A DNA stretch of 64,000 nt from Nitrospirota bacterium (GCA_963737155.1 CAVTRN010000002.1:1248001-1312000), one strand, 5' to 3'. Numbered from the stretch's first letter, positions 42,391 to 53,052 are shown. Translations and numbers: made by a program. The notes: generated from the sequence alone by a model not told the origin.

Positions 42391-42637
42391 AAGCCGCGTA
42401 CTGTGAAACTCTTGGCGAATTATCCGGGCTTGGCTAAGAGAGAATCGTCCAGTAATAAAAAAGCCCGTACGAGCTTTTACATCCGTTGTTAAACTGTTCC
42501 CAGCATTGCGGTCACCGATTGGAGAACAAGGGAGGGCAGGACAGCCTTACACTTTTTATTCGTTATGTTCTCATATTTGTATATATTATTATGCTATTGA
42601 TATGTTTCAAGGAAAAAATGTTTTTGGAGGAGAAAAG

Positions 42638-43426
42638 GTGGAGAATATTGTTGCTGTTGCCCGTGAAGCGGCACTGAAGGCGGGTAAAATCCTGCGCGAT
42701 AACATTGGCGGAACGCGCCAGATAACCTATAAAGGAGATATCAATCTGGTTACCGAGATGGATATGCGGTCTGAACGAGAAGTAGTCGAGACTGTACGTG
42801 CCGCCTTTCCCCACCATGGTATCGTTGCCGAAGAAGGGACCGATATCCAGAATGACTCGGGGTTTACTTGGATCATCGATCCCCTAGACGGCACTACGAA
42901 TTACGCTCATGGCTATCCCTGTTTTTCCGTGTCTATTGCGCTTGAACATGAAGGAACCATCGTGGCAGGCGTCGTGTACGACCCCATGCGTGAGGAGCTT
43001 TTTTCGGCGCAAAAAGGCCAGGGGGCTTTTTTAAACGGGGAAAAGGTCAGCGTTTCAGGCACCGATGAACTTATGAAGAGCCTGCTTGCCACGGGGTTTC
43101 CCTATGACCGCAAAGTGAGCGAGAAGAACAATATGAACTACTTCCATGATCTTCTCATGGCATCACAGGAAGTCCGGCGCGACGGTTCAGCGGCGCTCGA
43201 TCTTTGTTCCGTGGCATCGGGTCGATTTGATGGATTTTGGGAGTTGAAGCTGAAGCCTTGGGACGTCGCGGCTGGAAGCCTTATCGTTACTGAAGCGGGA
43301 GGTAGGGTTACTGATTTGTTGGGACAAAAGTTTGACCTGCATGCCGAAGAGATTCTTGCGAGCAACGGCAGAATTCACCGGCAGATGGTTGTGACACTCC
43401 AGGAAGCCTCGAAGCACAAGGGGTGA
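42638..43426 (+). CDS. suhB: Inositol monophosphatase family protein
   Basis: LVTEMD, WIIDPLDGTTNYAHG, GSAALDL, PWDVAAG; GTG start after GGAGG. Confidence 0.92.
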   Translation: MENIVAVAREAALKAGKILRDNIGGTRQITYKGDINLVTEMDMRSEREVVETVRAAFPHHGIVAEEGTDIQNDSGFTWIIDPLDGTTNYAHGYPCFSVSIALEHEGTIVAGVVYDPMREELFSAQKGQGAFLNGEKVSVSGTDELMKSLLATGFPYDRKVSEKNNMNYFHDLLMASQEVRRDGSAALDLCSVASGRFDGFWELKLKPWDVAAGSLIVTEAGGRVTDLLGQKFDLHAEEILASNGRIHRQMVVTLQEASKHKG

Positions 43427-43783
43427 AGTGAGCTTTTGCTGAAAGCTAGCCTATGAACACACTTTCGGCTATTTGTGGAGTTGCTAATTCCTCCTGTTGC
43501 CCCGCTCTTTGCCATCTCTAATGCCAATGAGGTCCCTCACGATGATCGTGGAGACGCCGCGAGCTTCTCATGGTGATAGAACAATCTGTCCCCTGGATAT
43601 GGTCTTCGCCCAGACGGGTTCCCTCAGGCAGACTGAGTTTAAGCTCAACCATAGGTGTGTTGAGTATATCATACTAGTGAGCCTATGTTCTCTTCTTAGT
43701 GGTAAAATCTCATTTGGTTGCTTCGCTACCAGCGCCTTATATCCCCGCCCTGAAGAGGCAGTTTTGCTACGCAGGAGGATAAA

Positions 43784-44953
43784 ATGTCGGAAGTTTCCCT
43801 GGTGCGCTGTGCTGACTATGAGCGTGAAGGGATCTTGACAGCCATTCGTAGGGCAGTCGATCTTTTAGGCGGGATGAACGCGTTCGTGAAGAGCGGCGAC
43901 CTGGTTCTCATAAAACCGAATTTGCTCAAGGCAAAGTCGCCGGAAAGCGCGGTAACGACCCATCCCGAGGTTGTTCGTGCGGTTATTGGGCTTGTGCGTG
44001 AATGCGGCGGTAGACCTATAGTTGGCGACAGCCCCGGCATGGGCGATCTAAAAAAAGTCGCCGAAAAAGCTGGGATTCTCGATGTTCTCATTGAGGAAGG
44101 CGCAGAACTGGCTGAATTCGATGATGTGGTGCAGGTTAAAAATAATAGTGGTAGGTTTCAACGTTTCGAAGTAGCCCGTGCGGCATTCGATGCCGATGTA
44201 ATTATAAATCTTCCGAAGCTGAAAACCCATGGGATGACGACCCTGACCGGAGCGGTTAAAAATCTCTTCGGGTGCATCCCTGGAAAACGCAAAGTTCAGT
44301 GGCATTTTAATACCGGGGTGAATCACGACCTCTTTATGAAGATGCTTGTGGAACTGTATGCGCTTCTAAACCCACGGCTGACTATCATGGATGCAGTCAT
44401 CGGCATGGAAGGAAACGGACCTGGTAGCGGTGATCCCCGCCAGATCGGTGCAATACTCGCAAGTGGGGACGGTGTAGCGCTTGATGTTGTGGCTGGAAAA
44501 ATGGTCGGGGTGCCCCCGGAAAAGCTTCCCATTATAAAGGCTGCAGCGGCAGCGGGTATCGGAACAACAAAATATGACTGTATCCAGATACTCGGACAGC
44601 CACTGGAACATTTTGTAGTAAGTCAGTATCGCCTTCCACCGCAGACCCATCTTGAGTGGCAGCTTCCGGAATGGGCTCGCAAGTCTCTCAAAAACGCCTT
44701 CACAGCTAAACCGGTGATCAACCATGCGCAATGCATCCAATGCGGTATTTGCCAGGGACAATGTCCGCAAAAAGCCATTCAAAGTACGGGAAAGCACATT
44801 CAGATCCGCTACCGCGACTGCATCCGATGTTTTTGTTGCCAGGAATTTTGCCCCCACGGCGCAATAACTGTCGGTAAAGGATGGATGCTTGCGTTGCTAC
44901 CAATACAGGGGGGAAATAGGGAATGCCATAAGAAAACTGATAATTCAAGCTGA
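43784..44953 (+). CDS. DUF362 domain protein with C-terminal 2x[4Fe-4S] ferredoxin
   Basis: IKPNL, TTHP, NLPKLKTH, KNLFG, MEGNGP; CIQCGICQGQCP and CIRCFCCQEFCP. Confidence 0.88.
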   Translation: MSEVSLVRCADYEREGILTAIRRAVDLLGGMNAFVKSGDLVLIKPNLLKAKSPESAVTTHPEVVRAVIGLVRECGGRPIVGDSPGMGDLKKVAEKAGILDVLIEEGAELAEFDDVVQVKNNSGRFQRFEVARAAFDADVIINLPKLKTHGMTTLTGAVKNLFGCIPGKRKVQWHFNTGVNHDLFMKMLVELYALLNPRLTIMDAVIGMEGNGPGSGDPRQIGAILASGDGVALDVVAGKMVGVPPEKLPIIKAAAAAGIGTTKYDCIQILGQPLEHFVVSQYRLPPQTHLEWQLPEWARKSLKNAFTAKPVINHAQCIQCGICQGQCPQKAIQSTGKHIQIRYRDCIRCFCCQEFCPHGAITVGKGWMLALLPIQGGNRECHKKTDNSS

Positions 44954-45067
44954 CGAACTAAACCGTCAATGCCTCATGAAGAGACGTTAATCCAGTTTAA
45001 GAGCATAATTTATGACTGCAACTGTTTTCATCTTCGGTTAAAAGCCTTTTCCGGAAACGGAGTAAAA

Positions 45068-45946
45068 TTACATTTCCTCAGTCAGACCTTCTTCAGTTCC
45101 CTCATCGCGGTAATTCTCCAGGTTCAGATCGTCATTTTCATCTATTTCATAGATCGGATCCTTACCGACTTTCCCCGGTTCTTCACCCCGCGCAAGCAAC
45201 TCGCGATAAACCAGGGGCTTGACGGTTATTGGAAGAGACGGATCGATATAGAGCTCACGCAAGTCTGTTAGTATCAATGAATGCAGAAACTGCTCCGACA
45301 GTGAGAGAGGCGTGTGTACGTTTCTGATGAGCGCGAATCGCACCGCCGAGCGCAGCGACCAGTTCGGATGTTCGGAAATCATGATGATGGTATTTGCTGC
45401 CGTGTCTCTGCGGCTGACGATCTTGTAGATATTGTTTTCGACGAGCAGTGGATTGTTGAGGCACAGTGCGATTATTTCGGGGTCGCGCTCCTGAAGCAGC
45501 TTGAGCAAAACGTTTCCCGCAGCCATTTTGGCGAGTGATTTTTTCTGACCCGTCGCCATGGTCGGGATCCGCTCATTGATGATGACCTCGACCTTATGCC
45601 GGAATGCGAGCGGGATGAAGGGGCTTCGCGCCATTTCTGCGAGATCTAAGATCCGGAGATGCCTTATGAGAGTGAGCGAGACGGACATCGGGGTTTTCGG
45701 ATTGGCGGCCAGCGCCTTGCGGATGGGGTAACTTTCCGACCAGCGGCTGTCCTTGGCAATCGCGGTGAATACGTCAGGCGGCAGATTTTTCCTGCCCACG
45801 ATAACCAAGATGTCGTCCTCGGTGAGATTCCGATTGCTAAGCAAGGCTTTTATGACGTGCGACGACGAGTCATGGATCAGTGCGATGATATGCTCCACGC
45901 CGGCAGAGGTTGCTTGTTTAATTCTTCTTTGTTCCGCCTCGTTCAT
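45068..45946 (-). CDS. Hypothetical alpha-helical repeat (LRV/HEAT-like) protein
   Basis: Internal repeats ALLSNRNL, ALAANPKTP, LCLNNPLL, ALIRNVHTP; acidic tail. Confidence 0.75.
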   Translation of the reverse strand: MNEAEQRRIKQATSAGVEHIIALIHDSSSHVIKALLSNRNLTEDDILVIVGRKNLPPDVFTAIAKDSRWSESYPIRKALAANPKTPMSVSLTLIRHLRILDLAEMARSPFIPLAFRHKVEVIINERIPTMATGQKKSLAKMAAGNVLLKLLQERDPEIIALCLNNPLLVENNIYKIVSRRDTAANTIIMISEHPNWSLRSAVRFALIRNVHTPLSLSEQFLHSLILTDLRELYIDPSLPITVKPLVYRELLARGEEPGKVGKDPIYEIDENDDLNLENYRDEGTEEGLTEEM

Positions 45947-45952
45947 CGTTCC

Positions 45953-46003
45953 ATTATACGGGTTTTCAAACCTATTGACAAACACCAGTATTTTATGTAT
46001 TTT
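45953..46003. promoter_or_regulatory. Divergent sigma70 promoters with overlapping -35 boxes
   Basis: Minus: TTGTCA-17-TATAAT; plus: TTGACA-17-TATTTT; both use TTGACAA at 45975-45981. Confidence 0.5.
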
Positions 46004-46073
46004 ATTTCTTCAAAACAACAATAATTTATTATAGTATTCGGTTCTTCCGCATTGCCAGAATTCGAGGGCTGCA

Positions 46074-46610
46074 ATGGAACGGACGCTCCTCCTTAACGCA
46101 ACATTTGAACCGTTAAAGATTATTTCGTGGCAGAGGGCGATTACCCTGCTCACTCAGGGAAAGGTGGAGGTAATTGATTTCTATGATCGCGACGTGCGAG
46201 CCGTGTCGATTACCTTCAAGCTCCCCTCTATCCTCAGACTCCTCAAACTCGTCAAGGTTAGTCGCACCAGCAAGGAAGTGCGGTTTTCACGGGCCAACAT
46301 TTACCAGCGCGATAAATACACCTGCCAGTATTGCGGAATAAAATATCCGGCTGAAGATCTCACCTTCGATCATGTGATTCCCCAGGTGCAGGGTGGACAG
46401 GCTTCCTGGGAAAACATCGTGACCGCCTGTCTTGCGTGCAACAACAGGAAAGGCGGTCGGACCCCTCAAGAGGCGCGGATGCGGCTGATACGTCCCCCCG
46501 CGAGACCTCGCTGGATGCCGGTTGTAACGATGACTTTCGGAATCAAGAACGCCCCTCTCAGTTGGCGGGATTATCTCTACTGGAACATTGAATTGAGCAA
46601 GGATGGTTGA
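46074..46610 (+). CDS. HNH endonuclease (stand-alone)
   Basis: LLLNATFEP, RDKYTCQYCG, DHVIP, WENIVTACLACNNRKG. Confidence 0.92.
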   Translation: MERTLLLNATFEPLKIISWQRAITLLTQGKVEVIDFYDRDVRAVSITFKLPSILRLLKLVKVSRTSKEVRFSRANIYQRDKYTCQYCGIKYPAEDLTFDHVIPQVQGGQASWENIVTACLACNNRKGGRTPQEARMRLIRPPARPRWMPVVTMTFGIKNAPLSWRDYLYWNIELSKDG

Positions 46611-46794
46611 GTCCAGATAGTCGTACATCGATTTTTTAGACCCCAACGTTTTAAATCTTCCTTCATCGATGCCTTCGTCGATCGTGGTCCGGTGCCGCTC
46701 TTCCTCGTATAATTATTTTGCTTGTCAACCTAACACTTTGATGCTATATTCCGAGACGCATTCATGCAATATCCATAGTATATGGAGGCAAACT

Positions 46795-47433
46795 ATGACG
46801 AAACGACTCATCTCATTTTTTTTGGTCATCGGAGCCCTGTTGGTGCTGACGGCCGGCCAGTCGGCAGCGGCGGTCACTCATTATTCCGAAAATGAATTTA
46901 TAACTGCCGAGAGTCTCGATCCCGGGATGACCCAGACTGGTATCCAATTCTCACTCGGCGATGACTACAAGTCGTATTACCCTGAAATCCGCTACGGCGT
47001 GGGGGCAATGATGGAAGTCGGCGTCAGGTTTGGCGCCGTATCAGCATCAACGAATAATGGAAACAAACTTGGCGCTCTCATTGGCGGTGATCTGAAATAT
47101 CAGCTGGTGAAGGAGACCGAAGGCGTTCCTCTAGATCTTTCTGTCGACCTAGGGTTCGACAATACGATTATCCACGACAAGAATGCTAGCGAACTGACCT
47201 TTGCCACGGTCGTGAGTAAGAGCTTACCTCTGACTGATCGGGGGTATATGCTTGTCCCTTACGGCGGTCTGGCGATGTCCGCACTCTATGGTTCTCTCCC
47301 TGTGAACAATGAAACCTATATGAACGCTTTCGCGGGTCTTGAATGGAAGGTTAGTCAGAAGTTCATGCTCCTTCTGGAAGTAAAGGCTGGAGAAGGTGTG
47401 ATCGGTGGAGTAGGGATCAGGTTCGAATATTAG
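46795..47433 (+). CDS. Exported protein, probable outer-membrane beta-barrel
   Basis: Signal peptide, alternating beta strands, terminal IRFEY; GGAGG RBS. Confidence 0.7.
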   Translation: MTKRLISFFLVIGALLVLTAGQSAAAVTHYSENEFITAESLDPGMTQTGIQFSLGDDYKSYYPEIRYGVGAMMEVGVRFGAVSASTNNGNKLGALIGGDLKYQLVKETEGVPLDLSVDLGFDNTIIHDKNASELTFATVVSKSLPLTDRGYMLVPYGGLAMSALYGSLPVNNETYMNAFAGLEWKVSQKFMLLLEVKAGEGVIGGVGIRFEY

Positions 47434-47537
47434 GATGGAATACCGACCAACTCGCATTGCCGATGAACCTCAGGTGAATCTCGCCTTCCGAAATACGAAA
47501 TAACCGTTAAGTAGCTATAATCGTCGATATTCAGATT

Positions 47538-48028
47538 ATGTCCATTCCACCATCAGGGCAACTTCGGGAAATATCTCTCTCCTCCATCCTCGAGGATTGC
47601 GGGGCAGGAAGGCTACCGGAACGTTAACGTTGCGCAGGGATGATGTGACTAAAAGCATCCATATCAGGGATGGCCAGATAATCTTTGCCACATCTACGGA
47701 CACAAGCGACCGGCTCGGGGAATGTCTTGTCAAAGCAGGTAAGATTACCCATACCGGTCTGGAGCAAGCTCTCAAGCTATACCAGAAATATTCGGGTCTA
47801 AAGAAAATGGGGGTGATTCTCGTGGAAAGCGGCCTTCTTCCGCCGAGGGAGCTTTTCAGCGGACTCAGGATACAGGTGAAGGATATTATATTCAGCCTCT
47901 TTCTCTGGCGCGAGGGGGATTACCAGTTTGAGAAGCGATTGCCGTCCGATGTTATCCAACTTCAGATTAATATTCAGGAGTTGATTATCGAAATCACCAA
48001 ACGTATGAGGCAGACAAGACAAAGCTGA
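47538..48028 (+). pseudogene. DUF4388 (PATAN-like) domain protein with a 1-nt frameshift
   Basis: MSIPPSGQLREISLSSILED from ATG 47538 continues one nucleotide out of frame as LRGRKATGTLTL...RLGECLV at 47597. Confidence 0.65.
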
Positions 48029-48150
48029 TATTTCCCCCCCGTTCTAGAGAAGACCTGCGATATCACCAATTCTCTGTTTTTTTCTGTTGTCCTTTCCTGC
48101 GGTTACAGGTATAATTTCCACCATCCCTTTGCGCCAGCCGGAGTACCATT

Positions 48151-48720
48151 GTGAAAACCCTCGAGCATATCTCTTTCCCCGAACTGGCTGAACGTGCCTG
48201 CGCGCTATATAGCGAAGAACAGAATGCGCTGCGTCTCGGAGTGTTCGGACAAGAATACCTCATCACACGAGAAGGGGTTTTTCTTCGCGGCCAGAGAGCC
48301 CCCAAGTTGCATACGGCAGTGATATTGAATTATCTATTTGCTCCTGGCAAGGGGCCAATCATGACACCTTGGCGCGCTGTCGGTGATTTTTCCGGAGGAG
48401 CCTCGTCGGATTTCAGAAATAAAATCGAGCTGCCTATTACTCACTATGCGGCGGAGATCATTTCCCGGGCCAACGTCCTTTTGCCGATGATTGACGCCAA
48501 AACAGCGCTAAGCTTCATTGGAAGTGACGTTGCGATTACGGTACGAGCTTTGCCCAAGGTTTATCTGCACATTGAACTGTCCCAGGAAACCCAGGATTTT
48601 CCGGCTGAGGTATGGATCCTCTATTCGAACAATGCCGACACGTTCCTTGATCTGCCGCGCCTTTTGACGCTTGCCGAAATGTTCAAGGATCGCCTCTTGA
48701 GCCTGATTAGAATCTACTAA
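48151..48720 (+). CDS. DUF3786-like protein
   Basis: ILNYL...W..F.GG...ALPKV...DFPAEVWILY pattern. Confidence 0.65.
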   Translation: MKTLEHISFPELAERACALYSEEQNALRLGVFGQEYLITREGVFLRGQRAPKLHTAVILNYLFAPGKGPIMTPWRAVGDFSGGASSDFRNKIELPITHYAAEIISRANVLLPMIDAKTALSFIGSDVAITVRALPKVYLHIELSQETQDFPAEVWILYSNNADTFLDLPRLLTLAEMFKDRLLSLIRIY

Positions 48721-48724
48721 AGGG

Positions 48725-49528
48725 ATGCCAACCATCAACGCTCACACTTCACCGGAAGGAACAAAGGAAGCAAACGCGGGTGACCGCATGGTTCTTGCGC
48801 TGGACGTTGACAACGAACGGGAAGCGCTCAGCCTTGTTACGGAGCTCAAAGACGTGGTGGGAATTTTTAAAGTCGGTCACCAGCTCTTTACGGCTTACGG
48901 TCCGGACATCGTGCGCCGCATTATCGGCCAGGGTGGCCGGGTGTTCCTTGATTTAAAATATCATGACATCCCGAACACCGTCGCGAAGGCATCGGCTGAA
49001 GCTGTGAAGCTGGGGGTCAGCATCTTCAACGTCCACTCCCTCGGCGGACTCGACATGATGGAGGCCGCAGCGGAAGCAGCAAAGGAGACCGCGATACAAC
49101 GCAACGCGCTGGTGCCGATCATCCTAGCCGTGACCGTCCTTACGAGTATGGATGGAATGAGTTTGCGCAGGGAACTGAAAATAACACGGTCGCTGCCGCG
49201 ACAAGTCGCTCATCTTGCGCGGCTTGCTCAGCGCGCAGGCATGAACGGCGTTGTCGCCTCTCCGCAGGAGATCAAAATGCTTCGCAGGGAGGTTCGGGGG
49301 GATTTCGTCATCCTTACACCTGGTGTGCGGCCTGACTGGGCCGACCCGGACGATCAGAAGCGGATTATGACGCCCGGAGAAGCCATCCGGGCCGGCGCCA
49401 ACTACATTGTTGTAGGCAGACCGGTTCTGAAAGCTCGGGACCGGAAAGAGGCTGTATTAAAAATTATTGAGGAAATAACCTTATGCCAGTCAGGCACGAA
49501 AAGAAGCGGCGCGGAAATGTCGAGGTAA
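48725..49528 (+). CDS. pyrF: Orotidine-5'-phosphate decarboxylase
   Basis: ALD, FLDLKYHDIPNT, VTVLTS, TPGVRP, VVGRP. Confidence 0.96.
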   Translation: MPTINAHTSPEGTKEANAGDRMVLALDVDNEREALSLVTELKDVVGIFKVGHQLFTAYGPDIVRRIIGQGGRVFLDLKYHDIPNTVAKASAEAVKLGVSIFNVHSLGGLDMMEAAAEAAKETAIQRNALVPIILAVTVLTSMDGMSLRRELKITRSLPRQVAHLARLAQRAGMNGVVASPQEIKMLRREVRGDFVILTPGVRPDWADPDDQKRIMTPGEAIRAGANYIVVGRPVLKARDRKEAVLKIIEEITLCQSGTKRSGAEMSR

Positions 49529-49605
49529 GTTATTGAGGGGCTCGTTCCCGAATTTCACTGTTACGTGCCAAAAATGAAAAGAGAAATGGGGGACAACATA
49601 GTTCT

Positions 49606-50181
49606 ATGACATCGGAAGAAGTATTGGATACCTATAAAAAAACCGGAGCGCTGCTTAACGGCCACTTTTTGCTTTCCTCCGGTCTTCACAGCGAGCTGTA
49701 TTTGCAGTCCGCGCTGGTGTTGCAACAGCCCGATATCGCAACAAAGCTCTGTGCGGCGCTTGCGGATAATTTTAAAAATTACAGGATTGAAGTTGTAATT
49801 GCTCCGGCACTGGGTGGTGTGTTCGTATCACACGAAACCGCCCGGGCGCTTGGCGTTCGAGCAATCTTTGCTGAGCGGGTGAACGGAGAACTCACCCTTC
49901 GCCGCGGATTTACGATCAAACAGGGGGAGCGGGTTCTTGTAGTAGAAGATGTGATCACGACAGGGAAATCCACAAAAGAAACGATTGAGGTCGTGAAAAA
50001 GGCTGGCGGGTTGGTCATAGCCGCCGGATCCTTGGTTGACCGTTCAGGCAGCAAGGCGAATATCGGGGTTCCCTACCAATCCCTTGTAACGTTAATGATT
50101 CCTGCATACACGGCGGAAGCATGTCCGATGTGCAAGGCGGGAGGTTCACCGATAAAACCGGGGAGCAGGGGGTTGATGTAG
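49606..50181 (+). CDS. pyrE: Orotate phosphoribosyltransferase
   Basis: GHFLLSSGLHS, VVEDVITTG, KPGS; follows pyrF. Confidence 0.95.
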   Translation: MTSEEVLDTYKKTGALLNGHFLLSSGLHSELYLQSALVLQQPDIATKLCAALADNFKNYRIEVVIAPALGGVFVSHETARALGVRAIFAERVNGELTLRRGFTIKQGERVLVVEDVITTGKSTKETIEVVKKAGGLVIAAGSLVDRSGSKANIGVPYQSLVTLMIPAYTAEACPMCKAGGSPIKPGSRGLM

Positions 50182-50285
50182 ATGCGCGTCCAGGCACTGA
50201 TCCTTTCTTCGGTTTTCCAATATCGAGGATAAACCGAGTTCACCTTTAAAATACAAAGAATGCCTACCGATAATAAAGAGATGAC

Positions 50286-51260
50286 CTATCGGAAAAATTG
50301 AACGATATATTTTAAGGCAAGAGACTCGATCATAATGCCCATCATGAGATTGATGGTTTTTTGAGGGACGAATTTCTGCAGCCTTGCTCCGATATACATG
50401 CCCGCAAACCCACCGGCGCCGAAGAGAAAGCCGAGCAGCCAGTCCGGGGATGCGGAGACTCCGCCCACGAGTGGCAGAACACTGTAAAAAAAGACACCCA
50501 TGGTTGATGTCAGGAATGTGCTGAGGAGCGCTGCGCCGGCGACGGTGTAAATCGGCAGTTGAAAAAAAGCCACGCAGAAGGGCGCAATGATGGCGCCTCC
50601 GCCGATCCCGTAGATTCCACCGATGATGCCCACTAGGAGCGCGAGCAGGAACATGGACGGCACGCTGAAGCGAAACCGTTCTCCCCAGAACTCGTACTCG
50701 ATTTCCTTCAGATTAAAGGTAATGGTTCTGACCACCGCTTCGGGAGGAATTCCCGCCGCGACTTGTGAATGATGCTGTTCTTTGATGCGCTTTACCCGCT
50801 CTCCGAATTTTTTTTCCAGATCGATTCGCTGCGCCTTGTTTGCCTGCGCTCTTCCGGCCGTCTCATAGAGAAGTCTGCTCCCGATATAGAGAAGTACGAT
50901 GCCGACGAATAACTTGAACGTCCGGGGATCGGGCAGATAAAGGATACGGAGATAATAACCGATGAAGACTCCCGGTAGCGTCCCGACAATGATAACCCAC
51001 GTAAGAGGCCATGCCATACGGCCTTCCTTGAAATAGCGGTACACGCCGCTCGGAATGGCGACGAGATTATAGACAAAATTAGTCGAGCTCACTGCTGGTG
51101 TGGTAAAACCAAGCACGCTCATTTGAAAGGGCAGGAGTATGAATGCTCCGGAAACGCCGGCCATCGAGGTGAGCGACGATACGACAAGCGCTACGAGCGG
51201 AGGGAGAAATATCCATGTTTTAACTCCCGATTGCGGAAATAGCAGATAAAGGCTCTCCAT
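50286..51260 (-). CDS. Sulfite exporter TauE/SafE (TSUP) family membrane protein
   Basis: GVSGAFILLP, GGIYGIGGGAIIAP, GMYIGARLQ; multiple TMs. Confidence 0.85.
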   Translation of the reverse strand: MESLYLLFPQSGVKTWIFLPPLVALVVSSLTSMAGVSGAFILLPFQMSVLGFTTPAVSSTNFVYNLVAIPSGVYRYFKEGRMAWPLTWVIIVGTLPGVFIGYYLRILYLPDPRTFKLFVGIVLLYIGSRLLYETAGRAQANKAQRIDLEKKFGERVKRIKEQHHSQVAAGIPPEAVVRTITFNLKEIEYEFWGERFRFSVPSMFLLALLVGIIGGIYGIGGGAIIAPFCVAFFQLPIYTVAGAALLSTFLTSTMGVFFYSVLPLVGGVSASPDWLLGFLFGAGGFAGMYIGARLQKFVPQKTINLMMGIMIESLALKYIVQFFR

Positions 51261-51407
51261 TGAAAGGAAGTATAACATAAAAGTGAGTATTGGGGGAATA
51301 GCCATATTATCGGGTGCAGGTGGCATTAATGAAGCGAGTTCGCGAGGTGAGGCCGGGAATCATCATGATCTTTCAGAAAATGTCAATATAAAATTAATGT
51401 TTAATGT

Positions 51408-51437
51408 TTGACCTTCAAATTGTTTTTTTGATATAAT
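51408..51437 (+). promoter_or_regulatory. Sigma70 promoter of the sigma factor gene
   Basis: TTGACC-18-TATAAT with TGn extended -10; GAGGAG RBS downstream. Confidence 0.55.
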
Positions 51438-51457
51438 TGAAGTGAGGAGCAAATGAA

Positions 51458-52828
51458 ATGCAGAGCATGAATAAAGCGACATTATCGGAAGAAAAAAACG
51501 AATATCCCAACGGCGTGCCGGAAGACGTGCTGGAAGAACTCTCGGACGAGCTTTCTGAAGAGGATGAAGAAGAAGGGCCTACGCCCATAGAGATCGCCGA
51601 AGTTGCAGCTGAGGAGATTGCCGCGGGTGCCGATCTTGTGGATACCTATCTTAAGTCCGTAGGAAGGTTTCCTATGCTCAAGATAGAAGAAGAGCAGGAG
51701 TATGTCCGCATGCTTGAGGCAGGGAAAAACTTGCTCAAGAAAATCGCGTTGAGCTCGCCACTCGCAATCCCGCGGGTTTTTGCCTTGGGGGCAAACATAA
51801 AGCAGGGGCTTGTGAAAGCCCAGGATGTACTCAGGTTTCCCGGCGAATGGAACGATTCATACGAAACCGAATTCATGCGACTTTTTAACCGGCTTAAACG
51901 CCAAGTAGCACGGCGGGACATGGAGCGGGCAACCACGACGCTAAATGAAATGAGCCTTTCGTTCCGCGAGATCGAGAAGATGCTCAAGAAACTCGTGACT
52001 CTTGGCAAACAGGCAGAGCGCGGTTACAGCGCGGAGGTGGAGAAACTCGGCCTTGATGAGCAGACTCTGTTCGACATGGTGAACCGAATCGAAGAGGAGG
52101 AGGTCAGGGTAAAGATAGCGAAAGACGAACTGATCAAGGCCAATCTCAGACTGGTCGTGTCGATAGCCAAAAAATATGTGAACCGCGGGCTCACGCTCCT
52201 CGATCTGATCCAGGAAGGCAATATCGGGCTCATGAAAGCAGCGGACCGGTACGAATCGGGAAAGGGCACCAAGTTCAGCACCTATTCCACCTGGTGGATC
52301 AGGCAACGGATTACCCGCGCTATCCTTGATCAGGCGCGCACAATTCGACTGCCCGTTCATCTGATTGAAGAGAGCACCCGCATCAGCCGCATTTATACGA
52401 AGTTCATGCGAGAAAAAGGACGGGAGCCTTCTCCCGAGGAGGTGGCTAGGATTATGGGTCTCTCGGTGGTGCGGGTGAATGAGATTCTGCGGGCAATTCA
52501 GGAGCCTGTGTCCCTGGAGACGCCAATTCTCTCGGAAGAAAAGGAGTTGAAAGACGTTATCATTGACGAAAAATCGGTTTCTCCTTTTAAGACTTTGGAA
52601 AACAGCGAGGCGGCCAACCGCATAGAGCAGGTCCTTTCCTCGCTGACTGAACGAGAGGAGAAAATAATCCGCATGCGGTTCGGCATTGGTGTTGGCAGCG
52701 AACACACCCTTGAGGAGGTCGGCAAGTACTTTAATTTAACTCGTGAACGCATCCGTCAGATCGAAATCAAGGCACTTAAAAAACTGCGTCATCCTGCCCG
52801 CAGCAAATTTCTACGTGAATACGTATAA
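51458..52828 (+). CDS. RpoD-like sigma70 factor lacking a canonical region 1.1
   Basis: Region 1.2 YLKSVG, ANLRLVVSIAKKY, DLIQEGNIGLMKA, WWIRQ, TLEEVG, TRERIRQIE. Confidence 0.9.
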   Translation: MQSMNKATLSEEKNEYPNGVPEDVLEELSDELSEEDEEEGPTPIEIAEVAAEEIAAGADLVDTYLKSVGRFPMLKIEEEQEYVRMLEAGKNLLKKIALSSPLAIPRVFALGANIKQGLVKAQDVLRFPGEWNDSYETEFMRLFNRLKRQVARRDMERATTTLNEMSLSFREIEKMLKKLVTLGKQAERGYSAEVEKLGLDEQTLFDMVNRIEEEEVRVKIAKDELIKANLRLVVSIAKKYVNRGLTLLDLIQEGNIGLMKAADRYESGKGTKFSTYSTWWIRQRITRAILDQARTIRLPVHLIEESTRISRIYTKFMREKGREPSPEEVARIMGLSVVRVNEILRAIQEPVSLETPILSEEKELKDVIIDEKSVSPFKTLENSEAANRIEQVLSSLTEREEKIIRMRFGIGVGSEHTLEEVGKYFNLTRERIRQIEIKALKKLRHPARSKFLREYV

Positions 52829-53052
52829 AGAAGCATCATGACATTCTCGTCAACTATCAGAAAAAAGAGGAACATATCGGCCACTACAACTGTGAGGATA
52901 TATTGATGGCGTCAAATGCATCTATTGTTTGGATAAGGACTTGCGGTGGGCTCTTGTAAATTTTCTGCAACACGACTCCGGTCGGATTTTAAAAATTACT
53001 GGAGTCGTCCTTCGGTATTGATATTAACACTTGACTGTTTTTTTGCTGATAA

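Noticed and set aside
43500-43655. AbrB/MazE-like antitoxin remnant on the minus strand (AKTISRGQIVL)
   Set aside because: Match too short and broken to support a call
46074-46610. HNH nuclease as part of a defence system or IscB
   Set aside because: Common stand-alone type; no RuvC motifs, methylase or partner genes
51941-52705. Long antisense ORFs over the sigma factor, rpsA, cmk, leuC and other genes
   Set aside because: Typical codon-bias shadows of well-supported genes
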